A stretch of DNA of 64,000 nt from assembly GCA_964016885.1 (NCBI GenBank), contig OZ024744.1:1674001-1738000 (forward strand). Reading direction: 5' to 3'. Under the pieces are notes generated by a model, which saw only the letters and a list, made by a program, of their open reading frames with translations, was not told where the DNA came from and ran no database searches. The position numbers and the translations under genes were made by a program. Each line of letters opens with the position of its first letter. Positions within the stretch are counted from its first letter, which is position 1. The DNA is from Eledone cirrhosa. Its lineage: Eukaryota. Positions 60,501-64,000 of this stretch are shown here, in pieces.

Positions 60501-63500
60501 TCCCTCAAAACTTCGTTCTTCACCAAGCTATCTTTCTCTACCTTGTCTTCCCCCAAAACTTCGTTCTTCACCAAGTCATCTTTCTCTACCTTGTCTTCCC
60601 ACAAAACGTCATTCTTCACCAAGCTATCTTTCTCTACCTTGTCTTCCCCCAAACTTCGTTCTTCACCAAGCTATCTTTCTCTACCTTGTCTTCCCCCAAA
60701 ACTTCGTTCTTCACCAAGCTATCTTTCTCTACCTTGTCTTCCCTCAAAACTTTGTTCTTCACCAAGCTATCTTTCTCTACCTCGTCTTCCCTCAAAACTT
60801 CGTTCTTCACCAAGCTATCTTTCTCTACCTCGTCTTCCCTCAAAACTTCGTTCTTCACCAAGCTATCTTTCTCTACCTTGTCTTCCCCTAAAACTTCGTT
60901 CTTCACCAAGCTATCTTTCTCTACCTTGTCTTCCCCCAAAACTTCGTTCTTCACCAAGCTATCTTTCTCTACCTTGTCTTCCCCCAAAACTTCGTTCTTC
61001 ACCAAGCTATCTTTCTCTACCTTGTCTTCCCTCAAAACGTCGTTCTTCACCAAGCTATCTTTCTCTACCTTGTCTTCCCCCAAAACTTCGTTCTTCACCA
61101 AGCTATCTTTCTCTACCTCGTCTTCCCTCAAAACTTCGTTCTTCACCAAGCTATCTTTCTCTACCTTGTCTTCCCACAAAACGTCATTCTTCACCAAGCT
61201 ATCTTTCTCTAACTTGTCTTCCCTCAAAACGTCGTTCTTCACCAAGCTATCTTTCTCTACCTTGTCTTCCCCCAAAACTTCGTTCTTCACCAAGCTATCT
61301 TTCTCTACCTTGTCTTCCCCCAAAACTTCGTTCTTCGCAAGCTATCTTTCTCTACCTTGTCTTCCCCCAAAACTTCGTTCTTCAGCAAGCTATCTTTCTC
61401 TACCTTGTCTTCCCACAAAACGTCGTTCTTCACCAAGCTATCTTTCTCTACCTTGTCTTCCCTCAAAACGTCGTTCTTCACCAAGCTATCTTTCTCTACC
61501 TTGTCTTCCCTCAAAACATCGTTCTTCACCAAGCTATCTTTCTCTACCTTGTCTTCTCCCAAAACTTCGTTATTCACCAAGCTATCTTTCTCTACCTTGT
61601 CTTCCCTCAAAACTTCGTTCTTCACCAAGCTATCTTCCTCTACCTTGTCTTCCCCCAAAACTTCGTTCTTCACCAAGCTATCTTTCTCTACCTTGTCTTC
61701 CCCCAAAACTTCGTTCTTCACCAAGCTATCTTTCTCTAGCTTGTCTTCACACAAAACTTCGTTCTTCACCAAGCTATCTTTCTCTACCTTGTCTTCCCAC
61801 AAAACGTCATTCTTCACCAAGCTATCTTTCTCTACCTTGTCTTCCGTCGAAACTTCGTTCTTCACCAAGATATCTTTCTCTACCTTGTTTTCTCCCAAAA
61901 CTTCGTTCTTCACCAAGCTATCTTTCTCTACCTTGTCTTCCCTCAGAACATCGTTCTTCACCAAGCTATCTTTCTCTACCTTGTCTTCCCTCAAAACGTC
62001 GTTCTTCACCAAGCTATCTTTCTCTACCTTGTCTTCCCTCAAAACATCGTTCTTCACCAAGCTATCTTTCTCTACCTTGTCTTCTCCCAAAACTTCGTTA
62101 TTCACCAAGCTATCTTTCTCTACCTTGTCTTCCCTCAAAACTTCGTTCTTCACCAAGCTATCTTTCTCTACCTTGTCTTCCCCCAAAACTTCGTTCTTCA
62201 CCAAGCTATCTTTCTCTACCTTGTCTTCCCCCAAAACTTCGTTCTTCACCAAGCTATCTTTCTCTACCTTGTCTTCCCCCAAAACTTCTTTCTTCACCAA
62301 GTCATCTTTCTCTACCTTGTCATCCCTCAAAACTTCGTTCTTCACCAAGCTATCTTTCTCTACCTTGTCTTCCCTCAAAACGTCGTTCTTCACCAAGCTA
62401 TCTTTCTCTACCTTGTCTTCCCCCAAAACTTCGTTCTTCACCAAGCTATCTTTCTCTACCTTGTCTTCCCCCAAAACTTCGTTCTTCACCAAGCTATCTT
62501 TCTCTACCTCGTCTTCCCTCAAAACTTCGTTCTTCACCAAGCTATCTTTCTCTACCTTGTCTTCCCCCAAAACTTCGTTCTTCACCAAGTCATCTTTCTC
62601 TACCTTGTCTTCCCACAAAACGTCATTCTTCACCAAGCTATCTTTCTCTACCTTGTCTTCCCCCAAACTTCGTTCTTCACCAAGCTATCTTTCTCTACCT
62701 TGTCTTCCCCCAAAACTTCGTTCTTCACCAAGCTATCTTTCTCTACCTCGTCTTCCCTCAAAACTTTGTTCTTCACCAAGCTATCTTTCTCTACCTCGTC
62801 TTCCCTCAAAACTTCGTTCTTCACCAAGCTATCTTTCTCTACCTTGTCTTCCCCTAAAACTTCGTTCTTCACCAAGCTATCTTTCTCTACCTTGTCTTCC
62901 CCCAAAACTTCGTTCTTCACCAAGCTATCTTTCTCTACCTTGTCTTCCCCCAAAACTTCGTTCTTCACCAAGCTATCTTTCTCTACCTTGTCTTCCCTCA
63001 AAACGTCGTTCTTCACCAAGCTATCTTTCTCTACCTTGTCTTCCCCCAAAACTTCGTTCTTCACCAAGCTATCTTTCTCTACCTCGTCTTCCCTCAAAAC
63101 TTCGTTCTTCACCAAGCTATCTTTCTCTACCTTGTCTTCCCACAAAACGTCATTCTTCACCAAGCTATCTTTCTCTAACTTGTCTTCCCTCAAAACGTCG
63201 TTCTTCACCAAGCTATCTTTCTCTACCTTGTCTTCCCCCAAAACTTCGTTCTTCACCAAGCTATCTTTCTCTACCTTGTCTTCCCCCAAAACTTCGTTCT
63301 TCGCAAGCTATCTTTCTCTACCTTGTCTTCCCCCAAAACTTCGTTCTTCAGCAAGCTATCTTTCTCTACCTTGTCTTCCCACAAAACGTCGTTCTTCACC
63401 AAGCTATCTTTCTCTACCTTGTCTTCCCTCAAAACGTCGTTGTTCACCAAGCTATCTTTCTCTACCTTGTCTTCCCTCAAAACATCGTTCTTCACCAAGC

Positions 63501-64000
63501 TATCTTTCTCTACCTTGTCTTCTCCCAAAACTTCGTTATTCACCAAGCTATCTTTCTCTACCTTGTCTTCCCTCAAAACTTCGTTCTTCACCAAGCTATC
63601 TTCCTCTACCTTGTCTTCCCCCAAAACTTCGTTCTTCACCAAGCTATCTTTCTCTACCTTGTCTTCCCCCAAAACTTCGTTCTTCACCAAGCTATCTTTC
63701 TCTAGCTTGTCTTCACACAAAACTTCGTTCTTCTCCAAGCTATCTTTCTCTACCTTGTCTTCCCACAAAACGTCATTCTTCACCAAGCTATCTTTCTCTA
63801 CCTTGTCTTCCGTCGAAACTTCGTTCTTCACCAAGATATCTTTCTCTACCTTGTTTTCTCCCAAAACTTCGTTCTTCACCAAGCTATCTTTCTCTACCTT
63901 GTCTTCCCTCAGAACATCGTTCTTCACCAAGCTATCTTTCTCTACCTTGTCTTCCCTCAAAACGTCGTTCTTCACCAAGCTATCTTTCTCTACCTTGTCT

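Larger units (their letters stand above)
1..64000. repeat. 48-bp satellite / macro-scale tandem array, about 1,335 monomers, single orientation, open at both window edges
   Basis: Consensus AAGCTATCTTTCTCTACCTTGTCTTCCCCCAAAACTTCGTTCTTCACC recurs every 48 bp (occasionally 47, twice 49, once 28) over the whole window. Most monomers differ from consensus at only 0-4 positions, and all translated frames show 16-aa periodicity. Confidence 0.99.

Noticed and set aside
2937-63978. Some 60 minus-strand ORFs of 75-587 aa as separate genes
   Set aside because: They are segments of one repeat frame between inherited frameshifts, with TTG/GTG starts inside the repeat, no intergenic DNA and no unique domains.
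1-64000. CRISPR array or variable-cassette system
   Set aside because: There are no unique spacers, since the variable part is a few point variants of a fixed sequence. There is also no palindromic repeat, leader, cas, recombinase or reverse transcriptase gene.
1-64000. G-quadruplex or intrinsic curvature
   Set aside because: There is one G-run per 48 nt (about 43-nt loops), often interrupted. The single A4 tract recurs every ~4.6 helical turns, out of phase for bending.
1-64000. Assignment as a centromere or to a named satellite family or species
   Set aside because: This cannot be supported from sequence alone; it needs a database search and CENH3/CENP-A data.

Overview
The whole 64 kb window is one uninterrupted head-to-tail tandem array of a 48-bp monomer, about 1,335 copies, running off both ends. 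The + strand consensus is AAGCTATCTTTCTCTACCTTGTCTTCCCCCAAAACTTCGTTCTTCACC. I found no unique sequence, inversion, transposon, RNA gene or CRISPR spacer. The consensus is 75% pyrimidine on + (18 C, 18 T, 9 A, 3 G; about 44% GC). The giant + strand ORFs are artefacts, because the consensus has no stop codon in any + frame. On the - strand exactly one frame is open, reading (VKNEVLGEDKVEKDSL)n. That frame is broken every 0.3-1.8 kb by a few inherited 1-bp indels, except for an intact tract of at least 983 codons at 1-2949. The real information is in the variant pattern: higher-order repeats (a 58-mer of 2781 bp, a 32-mer of 1533 bp, a 71-mer of 3405 bp), two interleaved variant subfamilies, long-range block copies, one out-of-register junction and a CpG-decay signature. 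The best reading is eukaryotic-type satellite DNA, possibly born from a charged protein-coding repeat. I cannot assign species or function, and I see no evidence for a novel multi-gene system. Counts and boundaries were obtained by eye and from ORF-track offsets, so they are approximate.
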